From Pocillopora damicornis (Eukaryota): a DNA stretch of 64,000 nt. The translations under genes were made by a program, and so were the position numbers. A model generated the notes under the pieces. The model had not been told where the DNA came from. It saw only the letters and a program-made list of their open reading frames with translations, and made no database searches. The stretch spans positions 1 through 64,000 of the forward strand of contig NW_020844782.1 in the NCBI RefSeq assembly GCF_003704095.1. Reading direction: 5' to 3'. Each line of letters opens with the position of its first letter. Position 1 is the first letter of the stretch. This document shows positions 11,101 through 22,710 of this stretch, one piece after another.

Positions 11101-12916
11101 GTATTTGGAGAAAGCACTAGCCATTAGATTGGAAACTTGTGACCGAAGAGGAGTAGCAGCAAATTACGAACACCTTGGGCTAATTTCCCTTCAGTGTGGT
11201 TGTCATGATAAGGCTCAAGAATATCACAATAATGCCCTTGCAATTCAAATGGAAACTAGCGATAAAGAAGGAACATTGGCCAGTCTTATGAATTTAGGAT
11301 TGTGTTTTCAGTCGCTTGGTAAATATGAAATAACCAAAGAATACTTCAAGAAGGCTCTCCTTTTAAGCAGAGATATTGGAAACAACTTGAAAGAGTTTCA
11401 ATGTCTTTGTTGTCTAACGATGTTGTCATGTGAAGAACATGAAAAACGTGAAGAAGCCATCTCGTATCTTTTTCAAAGTATTGCAAAATACGACACTCTG
11501 CGAGCTTTTCTGGACGACAACGATCAATTCAAAACATCCTTTTTAGAGGAGCACGGCACCTTTCCTTACAAGTTGCTCAGTGTGATGCTTTGTTCTGCCG
11601 GTAAACCAAAAGACTCTCTTTATGTCGAAGAGCTGAGACGGGCGAGAGGCCTGGCTGACTTGATGGCAGCTCGGTACTCTATTGAAGAGCAGATCTCAGG
11701 GAATCCACAATCCTGGTGTGGCATTCAGGAAATTATCACAAGGGAGGTACGCTGTGCATGCCTGTACGTTTCGGTAGAGAAAGAAGATGCACGTTTTTGG
11801 ATTCTCAAAGCAACGGGAGCTATTCATTTTACCGAAAAAGAGGTGGGCCTTGAAGCAAACTCGGTGACCGGATTAGTCCCTGACTTAGATGAGTTCCTGA
11901 AAGACAGCTTTCGCAGCCTTGGCATTTTACCTCAAGAGAATTACGAGGATCGATCTCTAGATGACACCCAATCGATGTCACTTCGCCATGAAAGCCGCCC
12001 AGCTCCACGCGATTATAATGCCAAAGATATCAAAGCGAATCTCCAATTATGTTACGAGATAATCATTGCTCCTGTGGCTAATCTTCTTAAGGAGCCCGAG
12101 ATTATAATTGTTCCCGACTCTTGTATGTACCAAGTACCATTTGCAGCCCTAAGTGACGAAGGTAACAAGTATTTATCAGAGACATTCCGCCTCCGAATCG
12201 TTCCCTCTTTGACGACCCTCAAGCGCATTCAGGACAGTCCTCCAGACTATCATAGTCAAACAGGTGCGCTGATAGTGGGTGACCCTGAGGTTGGAGAAGT
12301 GATTCATAACGGAAGACGCAAGACAATGACAGCGTTGCCATGCGCAAGAAAGGAAGCAGAGATGATTGGAAGACTTCTTGGCGTAACGCCTTTGATTGGA
12401 AACCGTGCGAAAAAGCAAGCTGTACTTCAAAAGATAAATTCAGTGAGTCTGATTCATCTTGCCGCCCATGGTTGTTCCGAAAGAGGGGAGATTGCTCTTT
12501 CTCCTATGCGCCCGTCGCTCTCTATTCCACGAGAAAAAGACTACCTTTTAACAATGGTGGACATTTCAAAAATCCAGCTGCGAGCTAAACTGGTGGTACT
12601 TAGTTGTTGTCACAGTGGTAAGGGAGAGATTAAAGCCGAAGGAATGATCGGAATCGCTCGAGCCTTCTTAGGATCCGGCGCGCGCTCTGTGTTAGCGGCA
12701 CGCTGGGCCCTGAACGACGAAGCCACAGAGCAGTTCATGACTTGCTTCTACAAACATCTGTTCCGTGGTGAAAGTGCCAGCGAATCTCTTCACGAGGCCA
12801 GAAGGTGGATGAGAAATAACGGTTTTGACAAAGTTTCTGATTGGGCTCCGTTCATGCTAATTGGTGACAACGTGACATTTGATTTTGGAAGTTGGTCAGT
12901 GCCCATCGCACCGTGA
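8102..12916 (+). CDS. Intronless TPR-repeat + CHAT (caspase-HetF associated with TPRs) protease, TTC28-like, ~1604 aa
   Basis: Uninterrupted ORF from MSRTIDIAK with ~25 40-aa TPR units. The C-terminal CHAT domain has IIIVPDS..YQVPFAAL, ALIVGDP, LPCARKEAEMI, IHLAAHG (His ~12467), LVVLSCCHSG (Cys ~12608), GIARAFLGSGARSVLAARW and WAPFMLIGD. Confidence 0.93.
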   Translation: MSRTIDIAKAVCIVYMVAVFLRNTGRVMKAIELCQECLIVLNSRVLIKDTQLANLLFHTIYMVMINSYEALHEHTIAEKYLRKLLLSQNQTSDDTVNKGWLNLRLARTLRAQNNLLEARKFYESAIKIMKTNDNTQIVWLCYEEMGTLLHSIEEYDQCKSYLEKGLALSMDICDRYGEAISCGNLGTLFQSLGKYDKAREYQEKALAIRRAIKDRKGEATSYENLGTTFQSLGKYDKARECQEKAIAIRREIGDKKGEATSYRKLGILSYSIEKYKEARECQEKALTIRKEIGDRKGEAICYEDLGILFQSQGKYDQAREHLEKALAFRREIGDKKGEATNYGKLGILFYSIDKNIEARECQEKALAIRQEIDDRKGAATSYEDLGILFQSQGKYDQAREHLEKALAIRREIGDRKGEATCHEYLGILLQSQGKYDQDREHLEKALAIKLEIGDRNREATILGILGILFYLHGKCEKAREYHEKALAITLELGDRQGEATVYGNLGTLFEALGKYSNAREYQEKALAITIEIGDRKGEAKSYGNLGILFQLLAKYDKAREYQEKALAINLDIGDRNGEATSLGNLGTLFYLLGKCDKAREYHEKALAITIEVGNRQGEATIYGNLGTLFQALGKYNNAREYQEKALAIRLEIGDRNGEAKSYGNLGILFQSLSKYDKAREYQEKALAITIEIGDRNGEASSYGNLGIFFQSLGQCDKAQVYQEKALAIKIEIGDRHGEATSYGNLGTLFEALGKYGKAREYQEKALAITMEIGDRNGEATSYGNLGTLSQSLGQCDKARIYQEKALAIGIEVGDRDREAIVCGNLGTLFRALGKYDKAREYQEKALAIRLDIGHRNGVATSYGNLGTLFQDLGKYDQAREYQEKALAIRIEIGDRNGEAASYGNLGKLFELVGRYEKAREYYERALAITTEIGEWNGQAKNHNNFGTLFSTLGEYDKAQEHYEKALRMWKSVGNRKEEATIYGNLGNLFIVLGKYRKADEYLEKALAIRLETCDRRGVAANYEHLGLISLQCGCHDKAQEYHNNALAIQMETSDKEGTLASLMNLGLCFQSLGKYEITKEYFKKALLLSRDIGNNLKEFQCLCCLTMLSCEEHEKREEAISYLFQSIAKYDTLRAFLDDNDQFKTSFLEEHGTFPYKLLSVMLCSAGKPKDSLYVEELRRARGLADLMAARYSIEEQISGNPQSWCGIQEIITREVRCACLYVSVEKEDARFWILKATGAIHFTEKEVGLEANSVTGLVPDLDEFLKDSFRSLGILPQENYEDRSLDDTQSMSLRHESRPAPRDYNAKDIKANLQLCYEIIIAPVANLLKEPEIIIVPDSCMYQVPFAALSDEGNKYLSETFRLRIVPSLTTLKRIQDSPPDYHSQTGALIVGDPEVGEVIHNGRRKTMTALPCARKEAEMIGRLLGVTPLIGNRAKKQAVLQKINSVSLIHLAAHGCSERGEIALSPMRPSLSIPREKDYLLTMVDISKIQLRAKLVVLSCCHSGKGEIKAEGMIGIARAFLGSGARSVLAARWALNDEATEQFMTCFYKHLFRGESASESLHEARRWMRNNGFDKVSDWAPFMLIGDNVTFDFGSWSVPIAP
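8621..10900 (+). repeat. Coding tandem array of 19 highly similar 120-bp TPR units (4 more divergent units continue to ~11380)
   Basis: Exact 120-bp period without indels; consensus DRxGEATSYGNLGxLFQxLGKYDKAREYQEKALAIxxEIG. Confidence 0.97.
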
Positions 12917-13836
12917 TAGGAATGAGTCATGTTAACCCTCTGATAATGTGATGGACTAAGTAGGGCGAGGGCTAGGAACGATAAATCGCCAGCCCGTAGT
13001 GAGAGAACATTATTTGTGAAGGACAACTCGGATCGATACACAAAGCAAAATATTTTGTAAAAAAGCTCATTTAACATGTCCGTTTAGCATTATGAGACAG
13101 GATAGTGTTTAATGTACTCTTAATAACAGTTAAGTGTTTTTAGAACAAACTTCATATGCCATTATTTTTAAAAAAGTGATAATATTACTAGTCAAGCCAA
13201 TTACACAATAACTAACCATTAGTCAGTGTAGCAAATAGCAATTTTTAAGTAAAGTTTCAAGTCAATCAAATTTTGAGAAAGTTTACGAAGAAAAACTGGT
13301 TTTTGTCGAGGTTTAAGTTTCTGTAAATATGTTTAAAGCTTCTGACGGAAAATTAAATTCACCACGATAAAAGAAAAAAAAAGGTTTCTTTCAATAGATA
13401 CTCTTGTATACTCATATACATACAAACACATCGAAGGGCCGTAACTAGAGGTGACGAGCGATGTCACACTTTATGAATTTACCGGTGCAAAAGTGGGAAC
13501 AAATAGGAGCGGAGATTCTTATTTTTACTCATTTTTTCGGTTTTCCCGGCCTTCAATCTGATGGAAAAGAGCGGCTATTCCACTAGAGTCAAACATTTAC
13601 GTTCAGCATCAGCTCTCTGTAATATAGGACTTCTGGAGTCCTCGGACGAATCAAAGGCTACCCCACAGGCTCTCTTTCTTGTATGATGCTAAACCTCCCC
13701 ACCACGGAGTTTAATCATCCTTGTCATTATGATCTTTCTCATTTTTGGATCTTCCGTTCAACTTTGTGCAATATCAGTGGCGGCACTTTCGGCATCAAGC
13801 ACCAGTTGAAGTTAAAATCTATTTAAGGGGTCTAGG

Positions 13837-16800
13837 TCATGTATTGAGGGCTTCCTTTATTGTGTAAATGAGGGACATTGCATAGTCTCCAGGCAATTTT
13901 AAATCTGGCTTAGGTGGGAGGTATTGTTCTAACACGAATTTACAAGTGATTACATTCTCTAGGGCGTTTCTTTCCCACGAAGCGTTTTAACAAGCCATTC
14001 TAAGATATTTTCTTTTTTTTTTTTTTTATAAAAGTTCAGTGCTGTTATTTGTTGTTGACTTGAGTCACTCTGTCAGTAAGACATGATCGTCTAGTCAACA
14101 TCTGTCATCGCTGCTCATGACTAGTCACGCAACGTTATCTGAGTATTGTGTGACAATCACAATAACAGCTGCGAAGGAGTCTGGTATTGGAGTCATAAAA
14201 AGTAATTTTAATGTATAATTTTCACTATGCTCTGTACGTCTGACTTGTACCCCCATTGGATGAACCCAGTTTGAGAGGAGTGTAAGATGAATTACAGCCA
14301 AGTGAGCCAGCCATATCCGGCGAGCCAGCGGATCGCACTTCAGGGATCATAAAGTCACTGTCAGAGGGCCTAGGACCGGGTGGTTTGATTGGCGGCTCCT
14401 CGTCCTGCTCATCTTCCTCTCGTGAAGCTTCAATGGTTTTCCTGGCCTTGTACAGCAGCCTCCCTAATACTCCAATGATGATGACAAGAACAACAGAAAA
14501 TCCAGCTAGGCAGCCAACCGCAACTTTCATCTGGTTTAAGCGGCCAGCTAAGTGAAGTAGAAAAACAAAACTTGAGGTCAACACATACATAAGAAGTAAA
14601 TGAGAATTTTTCGTTTAATACAGCGCATTTGAAAACAATTTTTTTCAAGAGTTCTTTGATTTTTAATCTTGGACCACGGCAAGCAGTAAATGTTCATAAA
14701 TATGCCCTTTTTTAATTACGAGGATCACAAGGTGAACGGGTTCAAAATCTTGATCAAAGTACAACAAACGTGCCACCTCAATAATCTTCCTTAATTTCAT
14801 GACTGCAACGTTCTTTGTTTGGTAAAATACTCTCGTAAGGCGTCAAGGTTTGTGGCAAAACTCGCGCTTTGTCTACTGATATCTCAGTATTCAATTTAGA
14901 TCACATTATTGTCTGACTTGTCAAAGCACGGAAAGAAAAAAAAAACCTATTGTGCTCACCATTCGAGACCCTCATTTTCATAGAAGTCGTTCCCAGGTTA
15001 TTTCTGGCTTCACATTCGTACACTCCGAAATTATCACCGCTGACTTCTGGTATATTAAAGATGTTTTCTGATTTGGACCGATGACCATATAGAGGCTCCC
15101 CGTCCTTGTACCACGTAATGTCAGCAAATGTCGTATTAGCTGTTTCACAGTGCAACGACAAATGATCTCCTTTTTCAATGGAAATCTGTCCTTCATTTCC
15201 CGCTCCCCACATCTGACTCAGGACCGGAGGGACTACGGAAGAATTTCGAATTAACTAATAACTAGTGGTCGTGGAGTGAGCACATGCTCTAATAACAGAG
15301 ACAGCGATAACTCTACGATAGATTTCAGTTCAAATACGAAGAAAAACAGCCAAAACAATTTTACCCACCTAATGATATTACTGTAACTGACTCGACGTCA
15401 TCTGGCTCAATGCCATTACTAGCTCTGCACGTATACACTTCTTGTTCCACTGACGTCATATTTGCAACGACCAATGTCTGTCCTTGATAAACAACATTGC
15501 GGTTTTTGTACCAGGTTATTGTGGGCTCAGGACCACCTTGGGCAGCACAATTCAGAGCAAGAGGTTCCCCTGGGACTTTGGCTCTTATAGGTGCCATAGG
15601 GACAATTCGAGGAGGATCTGAAACAAGAAAGAATAATTACGAATATGGAAATAATTACAAATGACAGGAATAATTACGAATAATTAAGGGACCTCAAATT
15701 TTAGATAGTGTCGATGTAAAGTGGAGAATTTTGTTAATGGATTATAGAAAGTGGACTAAATTGTCGCCCGACAATATTAAAGAACCTCGTCACTTTTCTT
15801 ATTCTTGAAACAACGAGTTTAAATTCTATACAAATTTTCATATCCTCCCCATGATCTTTAACTCTTTAATCAATCGTTGTTTCTGATAAGTTCTTTCACA
15901 CTAACGGGTTTTTAGACAAGCAATCTACCATCTGAACATTTCCTTTTATTGTAAGTAAACCTTACAGGTTTTTCCAGTTGAAAAAGTGTGATAATGACTC
16001 CAAATTCCACCACCAGCTCCATTCACCGCTCGGACTCTTATCTGGTACTCAGCGTTTGACTGCAAACCGGTTAAACTGGTACTATTGTGATTCTGCACAA
16101 CTTTAAGTGACACTTGCTCGTGATTGGTAACTTTGTACTCAACGTAGAATGACGTCACCAGATCTTCCTGCTGAGGATGCGCGGAAGTTGACCACGAGAC
16201 CAGCGCCGACCAGCTGTCCATTAGTTTCACGTGAATATTACGTGGAGTGGGAGGAGTGACTGAAAATGTCAAAGAAACCAATTTTAAGCCACTTTAAGGA
16301 CATTTTTTTATGGCGTCACTAGACGCATAGATGATAATCAAACCTCTTTTTGCGATGTAAAGTCACGGGGCAAAAATTGTTGTCCAGAAATCTCTCTTCG
16401 TGATGGGAAGAATAGGGATCCTAAACATAAGGTTATCGCTTACCTTTGGAAAGATAAGGGACAAATTTATCCTCAGTATAGGGGTGTGAGGAGTCTAAAT
16501 TCAATTCAACGAGTTGCCTATTCTTTTACAACTCACCCCACTTCACTTGCACAAAGTAATATTGTCCCCTGCCTCTAGTAATCGCACCATCTGACTCAAG
16601 TTATGTTTCAACGAACGTGACGGCTCAATCACTGTTACTGCATAACTTATTGTCATATAGGAATTGCGTTTACGCGTTAATTATCTGCGAGCGTTTGTAC
16701 GTTTCATCAGTTATATTGTGTCAGCTGTGGTTGATGTTTAGATCGTTCCGTAATATGACGTAATTATGTCAAGTAATTTGTCGAGTTTTGTGTTTAAATT

Positions 16801-19800
16801 TAGTCCTGTATATCAATATCTTCGTCCACTTTTTAAGAAGAAGCGTCGTCAGTTTTGTTTTTTGCCCGTAAAGCTATGCACCGTTAAGGTAAGTATTTTT
16901 CTTTGTTGTGACTTTATTTTTAAGTTTACGTTCTCTAATATGCATTGTCCCGCTCATGTTTAATACCGTTGGCGTGTAGATTTTTTAATTAAGTGATGAG
17001 CACAAATAGGCGTGGCTTCGCTTACAATGACGACCCAGCGACTTAGAGCAAAATATGGTTTAAAGTATTAGTACTTGACTTTCAAGCTGAAGGCTATTTT
17101 CTCTCACCTCGACCGCAAACAAAGGGATGTTTTAAGTCGAACTCCTCATTTTCCCACAATCCCGAAAATTCATTCATTTTTGTACAATTCTTTCTGTTAC
17201 CAGGGGAGGTGTCTGGAAGGTTTGGACCCCAATTAGTGTAACCCACCAAAGATCCATCCGACCAATGAAATTTTTTCTCCGTATCACGTGATAACCCAAT
17301 CCATACGCTCGAGCTTGGATTGGTTGGCCTTATCAGGTTTAAAAAAACGAAGTAACTCTCTTCCTCCGTATCCAACTTGGCTAGAGTTGCCTTTTCTGTT
17401 TTGCACACGGCCTGGGCTTCGTCCCAGGTTCTTTTGTCGTCATAAAGTCTGAAGCAGGAGTCGCCAACGGCTTGCCATCCGTTCCAACAGGTTTGATCGC
17501 CTGTGAACAGGGGATTATTGTAACAAGTGAAGATGGGACCAGCGTAAAAGGGTAACAAAAGCACCTTGAAACGAAACTGTTCAAAATATCCAGGCACGAA
17601 GAGACTGAGAGACGAAAGATGAAAAGATGAAGGGACAGCACGATAAAGGTATAATGGAAAAAAGGAAGGAAAAAAAAAAGAGCCGGATGGAGGTATGGAA
17701 AAATAGAAGGAAAGACTAAAATGGTGAAACGAAGAATGAAAGGATCACATAACGTAGAAAAAGATTGACCAAACTGTGCAGAGTAAAAAGAATTAGCAAG
17801 AGTAGTGAAGTGACGAAGGGAAAAAATAACGAAGATGAAGAAGTGGATCTGGGAATGGCAGCATAAAATAGGCCATGTACTTACTAAACATCACAACCTC
17901 GTATACATCACTGGCCATTGCGGAGCCTTTCCCATTCTGGCATTCCGCTGACAGTCCGTACTTGCTATACGTTTCTTGCGCTGTTAGGCTTGAAAGACAG
18001 CTTCCACCATCTTGAATTGCAAAATAACCGTAGCCATTTTTAAGAGCAACACGGGCACATTTCTGTTCGGCGTCCTCTCTTGTTTTAGGCTCGCCGTCTA
18101 GTAAGATATCTTTTCCTTCCAAGGAGGGGATTGCTGGTGATGACGGCTTGTGGGCATAGCAACCGACATGATGTAACTGCACTGTGAAAAAAGGAAACAT
18201 CGCAAGCACTATTTATCCCAAGTGTTACTACTCACTGCACAGTTTGTCAGGTTTTTTCTTACTTAGATATATCTTGAACTCTGATTCGTCTGTCCACAAT
18301 AGATCATACCAGGAGCACAAGTAATGGGCTCCTGATCATACCCAAGAACCAATCAAAATGGATATATAACTCAGCCTATCAAGTAATAATGTAATAGCTT
18401 CCACTTTGCCTCTTTTCTGTTAGACAAATACAAAATTCCGCGTTGCCGTGTGTTTGTTCCGTAATAGGTCACAGATGACTATAAATATTACAAGAATTAA
18501 CTTGGAATTATCGCATTTTTCTATATTCCGTCTTTCACCTCTATCTGAAGAGACACTGGAAAAAGCGGAATATAATTTTTAAGGCATTACCTTTGAGCGG
18601 ACACCTATCTCTAACATCATTTATCTCCTGCTCAGAGAGTGACTTGTTATAAACCTGTAAACAGGCAATGGCACCCTTGTAGAAATTCGAATCACCCTTT
18701 AATGCACCCACTCTCACGTCATCTTGTGTGGATATCTTAAAACTTCCCATACTCAAACGAGACACTTGTCTCCCGTCGATCCACAATCCGGCAGTTCCAG
18801 CAGAGTAATCGTACGAAGCTGCTACATAATTCCACGCTTTCAGCCGAATTTTGTCGCTCTGGATTGCGTAAGGTTGCAAAGAATCACGCATTTCAAACTT
18901 TGCAACAAGTCTGTTAGGACTCTCTAACCATAAATACACTCCTCTGTCTTGAACTTTGTAATTAAACAGAGGTCCTTTAGAGATTTCAGGGTAGATCCAG
19001 GCCACCAATGTCATAGAATACTTAGCATCAAGGCCTCCGTTATTTGGGAACTCCAAAAAACTGGCTGATGACCCGGAGAAGTGGTAAGATCCCTCGGGTT
19101 GCCCGTAATATCCTGTGAAAAGGTAAACACCCTTTGCAATTCCTGACGGGTTGTTCGCTCGGCTTATGTCCTTTGTACCATGCTGTTTGTTGAGTGGATA
19201 AAGAGCAATTGGCTCTGGTAAGCCTGTACGTAAAATAAAATAAATATAAGCTAGATTATTAATTAATTGATTGTTTTACTTGAAAGGTAGAAATCGATAT
19301 GGCTGACAGTTCTCAACTAAAAAAATAAACATACGTTGCGTTACCAATTTTACAATTAATGGATTTCTCACAAGAAGTATCCAAAGCAGATTGTTACCGA
19401 TGTACGAAAGTGGAGGAAAGAAAAAGCACGTAACTTTTCGTTTACCTCATAGAAAAAATGAAAGAAAAAAAAAAAAACAAAAAAAAAAACAACCATTGAG
19501 GAGGAAAAGGCGCCGCCGTTTGGATGGCATGCAACGTTGCGTGACAAAATGCCCGAATTTATCGTGACGCAGCGCTTGAAGGTCACGTCATACTATTTTG
19601 GCCATATTGTTTACTAATGCAATAAGTCAGCTGAAATATTGGTAACTAATCGGCCATACATTCTGATAGTTAAACAATGAACAGTTAATTGATTTAAAAG
19701 ATATTTGGTTCGAAGCTCGTTAAACACCTAATCTCACAAAAGGTCTACCACTAATTATCTAAATGTCATTTGTAGCAAATAATTTACGGAAACGAAACCA

Positions 19801-21352
19801 CGAAACAGTTTTCAATTTTAGCTATAAATACTCCAAAACATATTTGAAATTCAAGAGTGAAATAAAAAATGCATTTGTGTAGCAGGTAGCGAGATTGTCA
19901 CCACAAAGTCAAACATTGCACAAATGCACAATTAGAGTGCTGCTAAATAATTTTTTTTTAAAACAATTGATTTTATCATGAACCTTTTACTCCTTGACTG
20001 ATTCACGAGAAAACATAAATTGTTCTGTTAATTCATCAACCTTACAATCTCCATGAAATATTTGGGTGTTCGATCCATGAAAATTCATTGACTTGTTAGT
20101 CCATCGAATATGACATATCCGAGACGAGAGGGCATGCAAAAATAGTAAATTTTCCATGGAAAATGTGCTCAAACGATTTTTTTTATTCATAACTTGCGAT
20201 GCATCGAAAAAACCGAACGAACGAGTTTTTTTTCAGAGAAACGAAAGAAGTACTCTTCATCGTAAATCTCAGTATGTATGAGATAAAATAATATATACAA
20301 TGAATGACGTTGTTTATCATTCATGAGTTTATGTCGTCTGTCACCTGCATTCAATGAGATCATCTCATACCGTTCGCAAGTCAAAGGGAAAACTGTTTCA
20401 TTTAAGCATAAAAAGATTCAAGTGAAGAAGCATATTCGACCGAAAACCTATTCATCGACTTGCCTAAATAACGCCCGCTTATTTCAAGAAATGAATTTTG
20501 AAATTATAGTATACAGATTGTATTGTTTCACGCTACTGGCGTCATATCATGTCGTCACTTACTCTCTATAACCATTCAATAGAGTCGTGCTAGCGTACTG
20601 ATAGAATATAAACGAATTGCTCGATGTAACATGCGGAAATCATGAGAGTGGCGTTCGCAATATTTAAACGTAGAGCGGCAAAAATGAAACTCTGAATTTT
20701 TGCGGGTTTTTATATGCTTTTTTTCAAATATATTTACGTTAGTTCTAGCGAAGCCCTTCTAAAAAAATAAAAATTTAAAAAATGTTGATAAAAATTTTTA
20801 AAAGTCCTTTGGTGCCTATGTCACAACTTTTTACACATACTCTGTGATTACACGGTGTCAGTTTGTTGAACAGAAGTTATCAACAATCACTATGGGTCTG
20901 TTGTGGTCATACATGCCCAACTATTACACAAATATATTTCCGTTAAATATGCTCACGATGTTATCTTTTACAGTGTCGCTGTGGCTCCACATCAAATCAA
21001 CTCCTTTCGGTAATGAAACCTGACGGAAAGTAAAATTTGGCAATCTACTTCAGTAGTAGATTTGTTTCATTGGTGCAAAAGCAGAAGTTTATCGAAATAA
21101 TACCGAAAAGATCGATATAAGTTTCGTTACGAAGCGTGACTGAGTTGAAAGTTTTCAACCGCGAAGGCTTTTTATAATGTGCTCAGTTATCGTCAGTCAA
21201 GCTATAAAACTGCCACTGTGATGTTACCACAACTTACCTACAAATCCAGTAACTTCGAACGAAACCGACACGAAGACTACCACAAAGAGATTCACCGCAC
21301 AGCTTTTAGAAGGCATCACACATTTGAAACAGCCCAATGCCATTCCGTTCAT
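13837..21352 (-). CDS. Multi-exon type I membrane receptor: signal peptide-LamG/ConA-like-WSC-like-C-type lectin-FN3-Ig-Ig-TM-cytoplasmic tail
   Basis: GT-AG exons, all joined in phase 1: 21238-21352 (signal; alternative ATG 21316), 18591-19223 (LamG: PIALYPLN..GSYHFSG..EFPNNGGLD..WNYVAASYD..IACLQVYNKSLS), 17885-18181 (GCY..AIPSLEG..KCARVA..FAIQDGGSC..DVY), 17108-17500 (CTL: WIGL, WSDGS, YTNW), 15966-16259 (FN3), 15369-15617 (Ig), 14960-15232 (Ig), 14251-14547 (TM VAVGCLAGFSVVLVIIIGVLG plus tail), 13837-13928 (last exon, least certain). Confidence 0.82.
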
Positions 21353-22710
21353 ACGATCTCTTCCGTGAAAAACAAAACGACCGCAAAACGTCTGTAAATA
21401 AACGCTAATCCGGGTCAATTTGATATCTAACTGTCAAAACTGATTCCCTATCTCGATAACTTCACAGCCATTCGCAAATGACGAAGCTAGTAGGAAAGAA
21501 ATAGCTCTTGATTTTGTTTCTAACGATTTCGGTTACAAAGAGTTCAGATAAACAATGGGTCACGAAACAGCAAAGATGCGATTTTTTAACCACTTGTGTT
21601 ATTCAAATTTTACATTATCTATAGCTAGGGGAATATCACGCTAAACTTAGCATCACATGTGCCGCTAAGACAAATATCTCAAATTTCAGAATAAATTAAA
21701 CTTGCCATCATAACAACACTATGAAAAAATTGCAAAAGTAAAGAAAAGTTAAGAGAAGATTTAACAAATTGCAGGCGAAGCGACCTGGTTTCTCTTCATT
21801 TCCTGCACTGCTGATCACAAATTTCTTTTGTTAATGAATACATTTTTCGTAGGGTATCAATGTTTCCGGAGTGCTCAAATAGCCAGGATTCTTATACCTC
21901 TAATAAGTATATCGAATCTCTCTCGCACGCACAAAAGCGATTTAGATCAATTATTTCTTCTCTGTTTTATTGTAATTGCTTTCTTAAAGATATTTAGGTT
22001 AAGATGAAAAAAATTGAGAGATCATTGAAAAGTGACGTAACGTAAACCATCTTGCTAGGGCTCACCACAGGTAGCCCAAATTCAGACTGTTCTTAAAATG
22101 AATGGTGCTCCTGTCCTGAGAATTATGAAAGGCAAGGCTGATATCAGATAGTGTTTAAAAAGACCGAACCAGCTGTCAATGGCCAGCAACTTGATGGCCT
22201 ACATTTGCTTTTTCGTTTGCATTGTTTTCTTCATCTTTTTCCTTTCTTCGTGTTTTCATTCGTTTGCTTGAACTTTGCCTATCCTAATAGCCATCCTAAC
22301 GTTACTGGATCCAAATTTCATTGTCGAGATATACCTGACGATATCACCCGTTTTCAACGTATTTATTTACTTATCATTATTTCTCATTTACATTGATGCG
22401 TTATTTTCAGCCAGCTGTAGGTTTGCAGTATTACAATAACGCTTTTCTGAAAAAAATTGGAACGCAAAATTTCGATAATTTATGACATTTATTTTGAATG
22501 GTTTAGAATTAAGCTTTTATGTCACACTCTTGACATCTATTCTCAAGGAGGAAAATAGCAACCCACTGAAACTTTGCTTCAAATGTTTTAAATTATTTGG
22601 TCCAAATCGACACTTAATCTGAACACGAATATTTATGTCAGCATATAATCTGAAAGAATAATAACTTCGTTTTCTGTTTTTCTCCCTTCATTTTTTAACT
22701 GATTAAAGTT

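Noticed and set aside
8102-12916. Assigning the symbol TTC28
   Set aside because: Only the architecture is shared; the intronless structure, homogenised repeats and intact dyad argue for a lineage-specific family member.
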